A stretch of 64,000 bases of DNA from Macrostomum hystrix (GCA_950097015.1 CATNEN010000034.1:868001-932000), one strand, 5' to 3'. Counted from the first letter of the stretch, positions 23,101-37,089 are shown. A program made the numbers and translations. Notes: generated from the letters alone by a model not told the origin.

Positions 23101-26100
23101 ATGGGTATCTTTTGGACTTATTTGGTAGGATTTGAGTTGATGGGTATCTTTTGGACTTATTTGGTAGGATTTGAGTAGATGGGGATCTTTTGGACTTTTA
23201 TGGTAGGATTTGAGTAGATGGGTATCTTTTGGACTTATTTGGTAGGATTTGAGTAGATGGGTATCTTTTGGACTTATTTGGTAGGATTTGAGTAGATGGG
23301 GATCTTTTGGACTTTTATGGTAGGATTTGAGTAGATGGGTATCTTTTGGACTTATTTGGTAGGATTTGAGTAGATGGGGATCTTTTGGACTTTTATGGTA
23401 GGATTTGAGTTGATGGGTATCTTTTGGACTTTTATGGTAGGATTTGAGTTGATGGGGATCTTTTGGACTTCTATGGTAGGATTTGAGTTGATGGGGATCT
23501 TTTGGACTTTTATGGTAGGATTTGAGTTGATGGGTATCTTTTGGACTTATTTGGTAGGATTTGAGTAGATGGGTATCTTTTGGACTTATTTGGTAGGATT
23601 TGAGTAGATGGGGATCTTTTGGACTTTTATGGTAGGATTTGAGTTGATGGGTATCTTTTGGACTTATTTGGTAGGATTTGAGTAGATGGGTATCTTTTGG
23701 ACTTATTTGGTAGGATTTGAGTAGATGGGGATCTTTTGGACTTTTATGGTAGGATTTGAGTTGATGGGTATCTTTTGGACTTATTTGGTAGGATTTGAGT
23801 AGATGGGTATCTTTTGGACTTATTTGGTAGGATTTGAGTAGATGGGGATCTTTTGGACTTATTTGGTAGGATTTGAGTAGATGGGTATCTTTTGGACTTC
23901 TATGGTAAGATTTGAGTAGATGGGGATCTTTTGGACTTCTATGGTAGGATTTGAGTTTATATATTTTGGGATTAATTTGACTTGTTTGCTAGTACTTTGC
24001 ATTTGCTATTCCTAAATTATTTGACTTTTAAAATGGGGGTTTAAAATAGCCGAAAAAAGTTTCTTACCTTGGGTCGATCGCGAGCCACCACACATCGATG
24101 TCGTCTCCCCGCTAGGCCCAACGCCGTCGCCTCCGTAGTCGCCGTCGCTGCTTCCATTTTTCATTCGGCGCTTTGGCTTGGCTCTCTGCTCCAGCTTCTC
24201 AGGTGGCAGAATCAGCTCCTTCTTCATGCCGACTAGCAGGCACTTCTCCAGCCTGCAGGTGGGGCAGTGCTTCCTCTGCGAGCCGCTAACGTCGCAGCCG
24301 CCGCCGCGCGAGCAGGGTTTGATCTTCTCCCGAGATTTCAAAGCGTTCCTGCGAAAGAAGGCCTTGCAGCTCTCGCAGGTTAGCCGGTCGAAATTGTAGC
24401 CGGACGCGGTCTCGCCGCACACGGCGCACACTCGCTGGTCCTCGGATATGCCGGCCTTGCGGCGCCGGGTTCGAACCACCGGCGACAGGCCTGGAGTTTT
24501 TTAAAGAGAATTGAGAAACCTAATACTTGGGGATCTGGGAATACCATGACTCTAATCTAGTCGATCAGTAACCTTGTGAAACCTCTCACTTTGAGTATAC
24601 CTGGGATTGTGAAACCTCTCACTTTGAGTATACCTGGGATTGTGAAACCTCTCACTTTGAGTATACCTGGGATTGTGAAACCTCAAACTTTGAGTATACC
24701 TGGGATTGTGAAACCTCAAACTTTCAGCATACCTGGGATTGTGAAACCTCATACTTTGAGCATACCTGGGATTGTGAAACCACAAACTTCCAGCATACCT
24801 GGGATTGTGAAACCTCAAACTTCCAGCATACCTGGGATTGTGAAACCTCAAACTTTGAGAATACCTGGGATTGTGAAACCTCAAACTTTGAGTATACCTG
24901 GGATTGTGAAACCTCAAACTTTCAGCATACCTGGGATTGTGAAACCTCATACTTTGAGCATACCTGGGATTGTGAAACCTCAAACTTCCAGCATACCTGG
25001 GATTGTGAAACCTCAAACTTTGAGAATACCTGGGATTGTGAAACCTCAAACTTTGAGGATACCTGGGATTGTGAAACCTCATACTTTGAGCATACCTGGG
25101 ATTGTGAAACCTCAAACTTCCAGCATACCTGGGATTGTGAAACCTCAAACTTTCAGCATACCTGGGATTGTGAAACCTCAAACTTTGAGAATACCTGGGA
25201 TTGTGAAACCTCAAACTTTCAGCATACCTGGGATTGTGAAACCTCAAACTTCCAGCATACCTGGGATTGTGAAACCTCAAACTTCCAGCATACCTGGGAT
25301 TGTGAAACCTCAAACTTCCAGCATACCTGGGATTGTGAAACCTCAAACTTTGAGAATACCTGGGATTGTGAAACCTCAAACTTTGAGAATACCTGGGATT
25401 GTGAAACCTCATACTTTGAGCATACCTGGGATTGTGAAACCTCAAACTTCCAGCATACCTGGGATTGTGAAACCTCAAACTTTCAGCATACCTGGGATTG
25501 TGAAACCTCAAACTTTGAGAATACCTGGGATTGTGAAACCTCATACTTTGAGCATTCCTGGGATTGTGAAACCTCAAACTTCCAGCATACCTGGGATTGT
25601 GAAACCTCAAACTTCCAGCATACCTGGGATTGTGAAACCTCAAACTTTCAGCATACCTGGGATTGTGAAACCTCAAACTTCCAGCATACCTGGGATTGTG
25701 AAACCTCAAACTTTGAGAATACCTGGGTTTGTGAAACCTCAAACTTTGAGAATACCTGGGATTGTGAAACCTCATACTTTGAGCATACCTGGGATTGTGA
25801 AACCTCAAACTTCCAGCATACCTGGGATTGTGAAACCTCAAACTTTGAGAATACCTGGGATTGTGAAACCTCAAACTTTGAGAATACCTGGGATTGTGAA
25901 ACCTCATACTTTGAGCATACCTGGGATTGTGAAACCTCAAACTTCCAGCATACCTGGGATTGTGAAACCTCAAACTTTCAGCATACCTGGGATTGTGAAA
26001 CCTCAAACTTTGAGAATACCTGGGATTGTGAAACCTCAAACTTTCAGCATACCTGGGATTGTGAAACCTCAAACTTTCAGCATACCTGGGATTATGAAAC

Positions 26101-27737
26101 CTCAAACTTCCAGCATACCTGGGATTGTGAAACCTCAAACTTTGAGAATACCTGGGATTGTGAAACCTCAAACTTTGAGAATACCTGGGATTGTGAAACC
26201 TCATACTTTGAGCATTCCTGGGATTGTGAAACCTCAAACTTCCAGCATACCTGGGATTGTGAAACCTCAAACTTTCAGCATACCTGGGATTGTGAAACCT
26301 CAAACTTTGAGAATACCAGGGATTATGAAACCTCAAACTTTGAGCATACCTGGGATTGTGAAACCTCAAACTTTCAGCATACCAGGGATTGTGAAACCTC
26401 ACACTTTGAGCATACCTGGGATTGTGAAACCTCAAACTTTCAGCATACCTGGGATTGTGAAACCTCAAACTTCCAGCATACCTGGGATTGTGAAACCTCA
26501 AACTTTGAGAATACCTGGGATTGTGAAACCTCAAACTTTCAGCATACCTGGGATTGTGAAACCTCAAACTTTCAGCATACCTGGGATTATGAAACCTCAA
26601 ACTTCCAGCATACCTGGGATTGTGAAACCTCAAACTTTGAGAATACCTGGGATTGTGAAACCTCAAACTTTGAGAATACCTGGGATTGTGAAACCTCATA
26701 CTTTGAGCATTCCTGGGATTGTGAAACCTCAAACTTCCAGCATACCTGGGATTGTGAAACCTCAAACTTTCAGCATACCTGGGATTGTGAAACCTCAAAC
26801 TTTGAGAATACCAGGGATTATGAAACCTCAAACTTTGAGCATACCTGGGATTGTGAAACCTCAAACTTTCAGCATACCAGGGATTGTGAAACCTCACACT
26901 TTGAGCATACCTGGGATTGTGAAACCTCAAACTTTCAGCATACCTGGGATTGTGAAACCTCAAACTTCCAGCATACCTGGGATTGTGAAACCTCAAACTT
27001 TCAGCATACCTGGGATTGTGAAACCTCACACTTTGAGCATACCTGGGATTGTGAAACCTCAAACTTTCAGCATACCTGGGATTGTGAAACCTCACACTTT
27101 GAACATACCTGGGATTGTAAAAACTCTAACCTTGAATCTGGGAATGTAACTCTCCTAGAACCTTTCCGTTAAAAAGATATACCAATAGGTCAAAAAATAC
27201 TTTAAACAACTTGGTCAAAACACAGACGGTCATTTTCTATTAATCTTGAACAACCAGTAGCACAGACTCACCATCTGCACCGCCAAGGCCGCCAGAATCA
27301 GCGAAGTCCATTGGGCCGCCGGCGCCGCTGTGACAATAGTCGCCCTCTCGATCCGAACTATTATTAGACGATGCCTCAGACTTGACACTGTGCGGCAGAG
27401 TCAAATGATGATGCTGCTGCTGCAGATGCTGCAGGCTATGCCTGGCCTGGTCCAGAAGCAGCGAGCTGTATTGCTGCTCCCGATTGTGCCACGCCTCTAG
27501 GCTGGCGAGCGCCGAGCTGGGAATCATGCCACTGCCAGGTGTCGGTGAGTGCAATTGTTCATGATGCTGATGATGATGCTGCTGTTGCTGCTGCTGATGA
27601 GTTATCAGCTGAGTATTCGGTGACCTTGCTGGTTTCAAACAGTTGGAACTGTGTCCACTGGTGCTGTCACTAACACCAGAAGCACCAGCAGCAGCAGCTA
27701 ATAGACAGGCCTTATCACCTAACTGTTGATCTGTCAT
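20136..27737 (-). CDS. Nuclear hormone receptor, HR96/DAF-12 (NR1J)-type; exons 27737-27272, 24490-24068, 21567-21110, 20636-20136 (615 aa)
   Basis: C4 zinc-finger DBD CAVCGETASGYNFDRLTCESCKAFFRRNA...CPTCRLEKC with P-box ESCKA, typical of NR1J. LBD signature (VKLIPNFSEVEKDSQILMLK) and an AF2-like end (LNPLVREV). GT-AG phases 1,1,0 are consistent; exon sum 1848 nt = 616 codons. Gln/His-rich N-terminal exon. Confidence 0.9.
20780..21065 (-). mobile_element. tRNA-derived SINE family 1, copy 2 (in nuclear receptor intron 3)
   Basis: Shares gattacacctgcc...gcgcggcgcatc.gaac.ctgcgtacggctgttcagtccatggactgggggg and the tRNA head (gaatcccc...gtgagtccgac...aggctacaac) with copy 1. Confidence 0.85.
21685..22365 (+). 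repeat. ~22-bp degenerate minisatellite (ggattaaggggccattctcgta), nuclear receptor intron 2
   Basis: Direct inspection. Confidence 0.92.
22800..23960 (+). repeat. 39-bp minisatellite (ggtaggatttgagtagatgggtatcttttggacttattt), ~30 copies, nuclear receptor intron 2
   Basis: Direct inspection; 13-codon period in ORF 23374-23568. Confidence 0.95.
24572..27150 (+). repeat. 33-bp minisatellite (acctgggattgtgaaacctcaaactttgagcat), ~77 copies, nuclear receptor intron 1
   Basis: Direct inspection; explains the 847-aa and 857-aa ORFs. Confidence 0.97.
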
Positions 27738-27974
27738 TATAGCTGAAAGAAATTCAAAATAGCTATGAGATATTCTTAGTCCAATTTATGCCTACTAGCT
27801 TAGTAGCCAATCATATATATAGTCGAGATATATTTAGATGGATAATTTTTAAGAGTTTCGTATTTTATATAATATCATATAAATTGATACAAAGTAAAGA
27901 CGTAAAGACGTCAAGTAAAGGGTGTAAAGACGGTCTCTTACTGCGAAGACTCATGCGAAGAAGTAGAGGCAGAG

Positions 27975-29090
27975 TCATTGCATGGCATGGGAATGAGACG
28001 GCCATGTGCAATATGCCCAGCCTGCAGGCGCAACTGAACCATTTGCATTAACGAAGGAGTGGCTCGAATCCCTCGGCATGGTCCACACAATGCTCAATGC
28101 CCAGGCTCCGGCAAAGCACAAGCTGTGCGGGCCCCAAATGCTGCACCAGCCCAACCACATACTGCTGATCTGTCTGCCAACCAAATCAGACCAAGCTGTG
28201 AGCTTTCTGATGTCCTCTGGCCAGGCACCACTGTTCGCTGCCTCCCAGCGGCTCTCATCCCCTGTGTAGCAGACAGCATGGCACAAGCCTTGCGGGCTGT
28301 GTGCGACAACCAATCCTCCACCGACTCCTGGATCCAACTCCTCACCTGGGCCAAGCGGCGCATTTCGGCACCCACCGAGTAAATCGGTAGGGGAGCCCTC
28401 AAGCAGCTGCTGCGCCAACAGATCACTGGCAGTGGCGCTCGCCACTAGGATCCAGCATGTGTACTACTTCAGGTCGGCTTTGGTGTCCATGGAGTTGCGA
28501 AGGCCGCTGTTCACGCAGCCCGCAGTTCTTTTAGTGCAGCTGACGGCTGCCTTGTCAAGCTCGACTTCTTTAATGTCTTTAATTCAATTTTCCACAGAGC
28601 CATGATCCACATAGTAGCACCTTCCGCAACTCAAGTGCTTGGTGTCATGTGCCTATAGCGGCAGGTCAGAGCTGCAGCAGCTGCTCTTCGGCTCCGACCA
28701 CCATTGTCATTGGCCAAGCGTGCTCTCAGTCTGCATGCAATTGATAAGCAGCTCAGCTCTATCAACCACCACAATGTATTGGCTCTGCTGCAGATCTTGC
28801 TGGGCCACCCAAACTACAAGCTCCATACAAGTGCATCTTTTTGTGACCATCCCGCACTCACCAATTATGACAATTATGACCTTGTGTGACACTGCTGAGA
28901 TGGGTTCAGGCAATGCCGCCACTGCTACTAGGCAGCATTGGCCTGGCATACCCACAAATCTGGCGCTGCTAGCCTTTCTGGCTTCCACTGCGGCCACTGC
29001 TGTCCTGGCCAATTCAATATGTTGCAGCATGCTTGAACACCTCATTGCCTGCGCACAGACTCAATGAGTGGCTCAAGCCCACACCACTGC
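27975..29090 (+). pseudogene. Decayed, internally deleted CRE-clade non-LTR retrotransposon (RT remnants)
   Basis: Plus-strand fragments across frames: HGPHNAQCPGSG; TVRCLPAALIPCVADS..SWIQLLTW; QVGFGVHGVAKAAVHAAR; LVKLDFFNVFNSI; AYSGRSEL; TNLALLAFLAS. These match remembered CRE/ZENON-like RT blocks. Stops, frameshifts and no QGDPL/YLDD core. Confidence 0.75.
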
Positions 29091-29643
29091 ACCTGCTGGG
29101 TCCCTAATGTCACTTGGTCATGACAACAAATGATCTTTTCAGCCCACTGGGAGACCCTGATTGCTAGCCTTGCCAAACCCAGAGACATTGTCTAGCAACA
29201 TAAAGACTAAAGTTTACATTTTTAGTATAATTGATGTCATTCACAAATAATTACTAGAGCTCTAGGCATTTTTAGCAAGACAAAAAAATATTTTTTGTTT
29301 AAATTTTGTATAATACTATGAAGAGAGATAAGCAATTGTAATATTGCTAGCTAGTAAAGATTTAATTTTATTTATTAACATTTTTCTTTAAAAATTCATT
29401 GCAGATAGAATTCATTACTAAGTCATTGAGATGTTCAGACACTCATAAAAAACTTTTAATTAGACCATAACATGGCAAACAGATATCTAGTTTACCTGAT
29501 TGTAACCAATGAGTGTTTTTGCTGATCTCATCTGGTGCAGATTGAAAAAACTGTTGGGGCAATGTGTATAGTTTTATCTGCTATAATTGGCATGCATGGC
29601 TGGTATGCACTTGCCTCATTGAATTATTGGCATGCACACTAAA

Positions 29644-29894
29644 CATACATGTGCAACACCCGGCCAACCTGGCCAAACTGTCCAGGTGAAACGAGGGCCA
29701 AGCAAGGTAAGTCGCAAAAACCAATCGACCAAGTGCTAAAAAATCAAAGGGGGGACCAAGGGACAATAAAGGAAGGCGTGAAAAAAAGGAAAAAGGGGAG
29801 AGAAAAAGAGGGCAAATGAGAGCAAACTAAGTTATAAATAGAGCAAAAACTAAGCCACATGGCCAGCTAAGATTTGGGAGGTTGCCCATGTATG
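29644..29894 (+). mobile_element. hAT-type MITE, copy 1
   Basis: TIR catacatgtgcaac / gttgcccatgtatg; 8-bp TSD acactaaa at 29636-29643 and 29895-29902. Confidence 0.9.
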
Positions 29895-31195
29895 ACACTA
29901 AATGCTTATTATTGTTATTATTGGCATGCACACAAAGTGAGTATAATTCATATATAACAATTAGGCATATGACTAATAACAACAAGTAAGTAAATATTGT
30001 TGACAAAATAAACTTTTTATCAGACTTTTTTACTTCATTCAGCTTTCAAGTATGCAAAGCACCATTTTTGAAGTATACTCTAGCTTTCTAATCTTAGGAC
30101 ACACTTAAAATACAAAAATATAGGAAATAGGTATAGTAGTCTTATACTTTCCCACATTATGTTATTATAATTTTTTTTAGCCAACAATTGCTGGCCTATT
30201 TCCAATTTTTAGGCACCTGCACCCAGTTTTGCAATTCATTGGAATGCCCAAACTGTCCAGGCAAAACTTTCTTTTATCTTATTTTTTGCTTGTTTTATCC
30301 CCATAGTCAGGAAGGTGGCCTCTGAGGGGGAAATTCCGGTGCACACAAAGGGTCTCGGCGCACATTGGTGCACAAGTGCGGCGCACACAAAGGGCCTTGG
30401 CGCACATTGGTACATAAGCGATAAGCATGGCGCATATAAGTGGTATGGAGGACATATGAAGGGTGTTTTTCTGTGTAGGGTCAGGTTAGAGGACAGAAAC
30501 AGTGCATAGATGGCACACAGATGGCGCACAGATGGCACACAGACAGAGCACAGATGGCACACAGACAGAGCACAGATGGCACACCAATTCACACGGATTG
30601 TCCCTCCAAAATTTATTCCAGTGCATGCTGTGCCACCTTCCTAACTATGGTTTTACCCTTTAGTTAAACAACATTCTGTCTTTGTGTTATTTCCTATTTA
30701 AAGCAATTCATACTATCACATAGGGCAATGTTTTCATTTTTGGGGTAATTACTTTTCCTTTTGAAATTGCCAGCCCTTATCACATAATATCATAAAACAA
30801 TGAAATTAACAAAGAACAACAAACAGCAACAAGTGAAAATGGTCATTTGGTGAGTAATCAGAAAAAAAGACCAGTACAACAGTTTTCGCTCTAGTAGCTG
30901 GCTTAATAGGACTGAATCAATAAAGGTCTTAATGGTTAGGCCCTAGTAAGAGTTAAGATCAAAAGAAAAGAAATATACAGAGGGCCAAAGCTATCATGAA
31001 AAAAATTTACTAAACAGAAAAAATGTAAAAAAACTTGTTGCTGATTTGTCAATAAATGAGTTTTTATTTACCAATCTAACATTTTTTGTATTTTACAAGC
31101 TCTGCTTTCTTCAATTATCTTGGGGTTTCTCTAGAGTAATACTTGTCTTAATGTAAGCTGTTCGTGAGTTCAGGCGATTTTCAAGCGCAGTTATT

Positions 31196-31843
31196 GAATA
31201 CAGGACAGTTCGGTAACAGACAGTTCGGTAACAGACAGTTCGGTAAAACTCAAGGACAGTTCGGTAACATACAGGAGACAGTTCGGTAACACACCGGGGA
31301 CAGTTCGGTAACAATTGAAAGTCAATAAAATCAATCTAGGTTTTTTCTAACAATGTATCTACTATCGTTGCTAGGACACAACTGACTGATGTTACTGATG
31401 TATCTGAAACTGACACGTCATTTAGAGTGTGCAAGTAGGGTAAAGGCTCGTTCAAAGGGATGTACAAAGGGATGAAAAATTAGTGCAAATTGTGTGATCA
31501 CACGAAATTTGGCCTCACTTGATGACTGTATGAATGACTTGATGACGGTACATTGTCGCTATTTGACACCCAAATGTGAAATATGTAACATGCAAAATGC
31601 AACCTCATACTCATATTTCGAAAAGCTAAATATGGTTCGAAGTGCTATTGACTTTACTTTGTAACTTTACCAAACTAAACATAAAATAATTTCGCAAAAA
31701 ACGCTTCCGATCCAGTTTAATCAATTGTTACGGAACTGTCCCTTGATATGTTACCGAACTGTCCTGTGGTGTTACCGAACTGTCCTGTGGTGTTACCGAA
31801 CTGTCTGTTACCGAATTGTCTGTTACCGAATTGTCCTGTTACC
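31196..31843. mobile_element. Mutator/foldback-like MITE with repeated subterminal motif
   Basis: The left end carries tandem gacagttcggtaa(c) motifs and the right end the inverted gttaccgaa(c/t)tgtc motifs. 8-bp direct repeat cagttatt at 31188-31195 and 31844-31851. Confidence 0.8.
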
Positions 31844-33420
31844 CAGTTATTACACATACTGTAAAAAATATATATTTCTCTTTTAACCCCACTATGCATT
31901 TACCAAAATACTGAATGCTAAATTCAAAATACCAATGTTCTGACCATTTTTTAACACCATGGCTCAGTGCCCAAATATTCATTGCCTAGTTACCTGATTT
32001 ACCTATCGCAAAATTTCACTCGATCTATTTCTTTTATTTTTATTGAACCAAAACTTCGGACCTTCTAAAAATTTTAAAATTCTAAATTTCTATTTTTTAC
32101 TTTTATATTTATATTTTAATAGAAATGTTTTAATACAAGAAAATATATACAGCAGTAGAGCCCCAACAAGGGCTGACCTGCAATCCAGATTGGACAAGGC
32201 CGTTTAACAACATCAGGCGATTTTAAGATTTGACGTAATTTTTCTAATGCATTTTTGAATTTTTATTTACATGTTTTCGTCTTTTCTGAATATATAATCA
32301 GATAAAAGAGCTTAAACGATGTATTATTGTTCTATATTTTTCGATTTTAAGTTTTGTAAATGTTTTTTATGCCCAAATTTTGGCAAATTACTTTTATTTT
32401 TTGTTTAACTACAAAAACAAGCACTTATTCGATGCACGTGACTTCATTTGCAGCATGTATAAATAAAGCGATTGAGTGTTTTAACATACTGAGGTATGCA
32501 AGCGAGTCGCCTGATAGGTAGGCCTACTCAAAGCCCATTCGTGTTAGGTTGTGTGAAACCAGCTTTTTGTGAGTGTTGGCATTATTATTCGCACAGGTAG
32601 GCATCCTCCTTATCCTCCGTTTGCCTTGCCTTGTTACCTTACTTAGGGCTTAGGCAACAATATTTTCTAGGTAGCACACTACTATGCTGTCTTAGTGTAC
32701 TACTATGACATCTGATTGGCTTGTTGTTTTTTGCTTTTTGTTAGTCTTTTTTCTATTTTTAAATTGTATTAAATTATTTTTTAATTTATATTTTAAACTT
32801 GTCTCTTTTTATAAATGTTATACATTTATTTAAAAATTTAATGCATTAATTTTTTATGTGCAAAACTAGAGGATTGTTGAGAATAGAAATACCTATTTAT
32901 AAACATATTAGGATTAAATAAAACAATTAAGAACTTATATAGCTACATCTTATTTTCTTTCAGTTTGTCGCAACACTTGAAGTGATATGAATCTATGATC
33001 TATAAAATAAGTAAATAGTCAGTTTACCTTGTATGCTAATTTGTTTACATTTTTTAACTGACTACACTGCTTTATAATTGTAATTAGTCTAGATTGTCTT
33101 AAACTATGCCATAACAATAGTTTCACTTAATTTATAACTTTAGTAAGCAACTTTTGTATGGCTAATGAAGATATTTTCTCTTTTAATACTTATTTATCCA
33201 TTATAACTATGGTCTAGAGCTTTTTTATTTTTAGAGATATTATCTTTTTTGTTTATATACCTAGATATATATTCCTATATATAATGTCAACGTTATCAAT
33301 TATATATTGATAATTAATAATTTCAAAAGAGCTCTCAGCAAATGCATATTATTGGTAACACTAGACTGTATATCTACTCGTAATACTATTTACAGAAATG
33401 CTCATACAAGTGTATAATAT

Positions 33421-33505
33421 ATCTGCCCTGACTTTCTCATCAATAAGCATTTACTATGGAGGTTGGCTATCAATAGCATAAGTTAGACAAGCCCCAAGCC
33501 TCTTT
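33421..33505 (-). mobile_element. Degenerate fragment of SINE family 2
   Basis: atctgccctgactttctcatc...ggaggttggc...gacaagccccaagcctct aligns with the SINE2 body. Confidence 0.6.
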
Positions 33506-34462
33506 CTGCTGCTATGCTTTAAATTAATGTGGCTTAATTTAGAATCAAGATTATGTACCTTAGTGTAAGAGGCAAACTGCTGTCATTCAGCCCCACTGAT
33601 ATATGTTGTCTTTTACTAAAGACTTTACTTTACTAAAGACTTTTACTTTTACTAAAGACTAATTATGAGCTGTTTTCTTGTTTTAGTGGGGGCTAGTTAT
33701 GTATCTTAATTTGCAATAGGCCCTAAGTATCTGTCTTATCTTAGCTACTAAAAATATTTTGCTATTTGTCAAAATAGTTTTGTAGACTCTTAAGCATAGA
33801 TAGACCTATCTCTCAAATCATAAAATATCGTTCATCTCTACGCCTACTGTTAATTGATGGTAATGTAAATTTCCTATTTTTGCTATTATGTTTTACCTTT
33901 TTTGTTTTTAATTGATGCTGTAAATTTATACTATTTATTTCTTTATTTTTAATTACATTGTACTATTAAACGTAGGTTCTAAAAACAAAAATCTGAGCTA
34001 TAAATAAATGCATTGTTGCTATATCTTAGGTTAGTATATTATTTATCTTTCTTCAGGAACTTTAAAAAAATTATTGTTATAAGAAACTCAAGTTCATTCC
34101 CTCTACTACAGAGTAACAAAAAGATCATAACTAGAATATAACCACTATAACTATTGACTTAATTTGTATTTAGCAAAGAAATTATTTAAATTAGATTACA
34201 ATTGCATTGTTATATTAACTGTACAGTGAGGTTTTGTCATTTAGTTTAGGCATTGTTACATAGAGTATATTAAACAATTTAAGTGCTGTTAATTTAACAT
34301 AGGTAGTATCGATATTAGTTTTGTATATTATTTCTAGATATATATTGATTGTGGTTTTTATATATTCTGCACCTCACTGTCTAATTTCAGCATATTAGAA
34401 ACAAGCAATAGGCCAGTCTAGTTGCTTAATTTTTGTTCAACTGAACTTATTTAATCAGCAAG

Positions 34463-34786
34463 ATGAGCAGCAGCCAGGCACACGGCATCCCAGTTAGGCG
34501 AGTGCGAATTACCAGCACCTCCCAGATGCCGCGAGACTATTCGCAGACCCCCGGTGGTACCATCTTCAGCACCACCCCTGGCGGGACGCGCATTATCTAC
34601 GATAGGGACTTTCTGATTAGCCGGCGCGACAGCCCGCTGGCCAAAACCCCGCCGGCTAATCTGCCCCGCATCCCCGGGGTCACCTGTCCTGAGGAGGAGA
34701 AGGAGAACAACAACAGTGCCAAGAACACCGCCAGCACCAAGCATCCCGAGACTGCGGGCAGCACCGAGTTCGAGATGGACATCTAA
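34463..34786 (+). CDS. EIF4EBP: eIF4E-binding protein (4E-BP), intronless CDS
   Basis: YSQTPGGTIFSTTPGGTRIIYDRDFLI (YxxxxL-phi eIF4E-binding motif and TP phosphosites), DSPLAKTPP, and C-terminal TOS motif FEMDI. Confidence 0.96.
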   Translation: MSSSQAHGIPVRRVRITSTSQMPRDYSQTPGGTIFSTTPGGTRIIYDRDFLISRRDSPLAKTPPANLPRIPGVTCPEEEKENNNSAKNTASTKHPETAGSTEFEMDI

Positions 34787-37089
34787 GAATAACGAGTGTC
34801 GTTGTGGAAGTGTGAACTGCACTTGCAGATGTTTGACAATGCTAAAGCTTCGTCTGTTAGCATCCCCGCCCCTTCATTATTGTTCTTTCATCTTCCCTTT
34901 CATATCCCAGCTTCAAGTACCAGCCAGCTAGTCTTCTGGGAAATAAGCCTCTGCTAGTAAAGTACAAAGATTCAAACAAAGACTAAATATGAGCTAGAAT
35001 GTTTTAATCATTTATCGGCGTGTAGTATTTGTAAGGTATGAAATTGTAAATATGAGTGGCGAGCTTTTCTTGTGCGTCTCTCCCCTTGTTTGTAATGTTC
35101 GCTGTTCGTTTAGGAGTTTCTGTAAATAATTACTTTATATACTACGAGCGTATAGTACTTTTTATATTTGCTAACCCAACTCTAAACCTTAACCAAGTTG
35201 CGTGATTTTTTAAATTTAAGAATGCTTACTTGTTAAATATTTTTTCTTTAGCTTACGCGTTGCTATTATAAATATTTTATTACTGCTTAAAACTTTTTGC
35301 ATGGCATACCTTAAAAGTCATTTTAATATGGACATTAGTCTGTCAGTTTACCAAGACACCCTCTTAAGAGTTTGCTAGTGCCTTTGACCTAGGTCATTGT
35401 GTCGCTGAAAAAATCCTGGTGAAACAACAATATTGGTCTGTATTTGTATTTTTATGTCATTACTGTCATGATCAATCATCATTCTATTTAATTATTACTT
35501 ACTTTCCCATCTGTTTTGTGTGATCTATGTGCTGTTTGAGTCTAAGTGTCAAGTCTATCTGACCAGAGTGTTGCCATCTGGTTTCTGTAAGCTGTTGTTT
35601 TTGTGAACTGTGGAATCCTCTTGGTAATTGTAGCAACACTTTCCTCAATCAGCATCTAGTTTTCGTCAGTAATTTAAATCTAAATGCTGTTCGACCTTTT
35701 TATCTAAGTAGAAAGCAGTTTTTGTCTTGAAAAGTGACGCACGCACTGAGATGAAAGCTAATTCGTTCGGTTGAGGTGAAAGAAATATACTACGTTTTCC
35801 AGCTGATAGCATTTTAAACTAGTTTTGTTTTCATAGTCTTAATTTAATTAAATGGTGAAATCCATATTATAAAGAGTAATGTTTTACTCTATTGTTATGG
35901 TCTCCAGGGCTCGAAGGCAGTTACCAAGGCTTACAATGCCCTCCACCTCCAGTGCCTGGAAGTTTGCTGTGCAGTTTTCAGTTTGCTGGCCCAGTTGATA
36001 GATAAGAAACTCTGTTATGGTACAGTTGGACCGACGCTGAAATAGAGAGCTGTTCTGCAAGGCACCACCTTTATGCCAAAGTACATTTCTAACTCTCTCA
36101 GAAATCAGCAATATTCCTCATTCTTCAAATAAAATAAACAACCATTCGTAATTGTATAGGTTTTCAGCTTATTAAATAGAAGATAGAACAAAAACTTCGC
36201 TGAAAGGTTACCTAATTTTAATATGAGTTACATAAACATGGCATGTTGTTGCTCATATGTTGCTGCTTCTTTTGTCTCACGAAATAAATTCTAGGCTTTA
36301 CAAATATTTGTATAGAAATATTGTCACGTGCAAAACTATTCTAAACAAAAAGCTGATGTGAGGTCAGTTGAAAAGAAACTAAATAGAGTGTGAACGCGAG
36401 ACTAGTAAGGTGTGTGGAATTGTATCTTAATCATAATGAGATAGTTAAACTGCGGCTTGCTTTATTCAGATTTGATAGATCTCTCGTACGTTTCTCTATC
36501 GTACGTATAGGTATAGCTATATTGATTATCGATTTTAACTATTTGGATGCATAAAATGGCAACCGGAAATCGGTAAGCAAGCACGCAAACTGCTCGTGGG
36601 CCTTTTGTGTTCGCTACACGACTTAGTTTTTTAGTCCGTTATACCGACTGCCCTTGGGCCTGGACCGTGAGGTCTACCGAGGCTAGTGAGTGGCTGCCTT
36701 AATCCAGGCATGCTTACTTAATTCCTTCCCATAGCAGCCGATCTGGCCGGTGCCTGGGAGGAAAATCTATACACCCATAAGTTCCTGGATCACTCTTTTT
36801 CCTTTCTCTGTCTCTAAACCATTTCTTCTGCGTTTTTGGGCTGACAACATGCGCATTAGACTAGTTTTCTACTAAACTAGCTTTCAGCCTAACGGTGTAC
36901 TAAAAATGTGCTTGTGACTCATGCTCTGCCGAGATAAATGATGCATCATTTCTTGGGGCCAGGGACTAAAAATATGCGAAAACAAGGCTTGCCGCGCTTT
37001 AATTGTTTAAACTCCGTCTGTCTGGGTGCGCCAGCTAGAGAAAAGAGAGTTATGAGACAGAAATAGATTAGGCACCCTCAGAATATGAG

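Noticed and set aside
24552-27149. 847-aa and 857-aa ORFs on opposite strands
   Set aside because: 33-bp stop-free tandem array inside a frame-consistent intron of the nuclear receptor.
695-27150. CRISPR arrays
   Set aside because: Units are contiguous with no unique spacers, there are no cas genes, and the context is eukaryotic.
34463-34500. RAIP motif replaced by HGIP in 4E-BP as a novelty
   Set aside because: RAIP is poorly conserved in invertebrate 4E-BPs; the TOS motif and phosphosites are intact.
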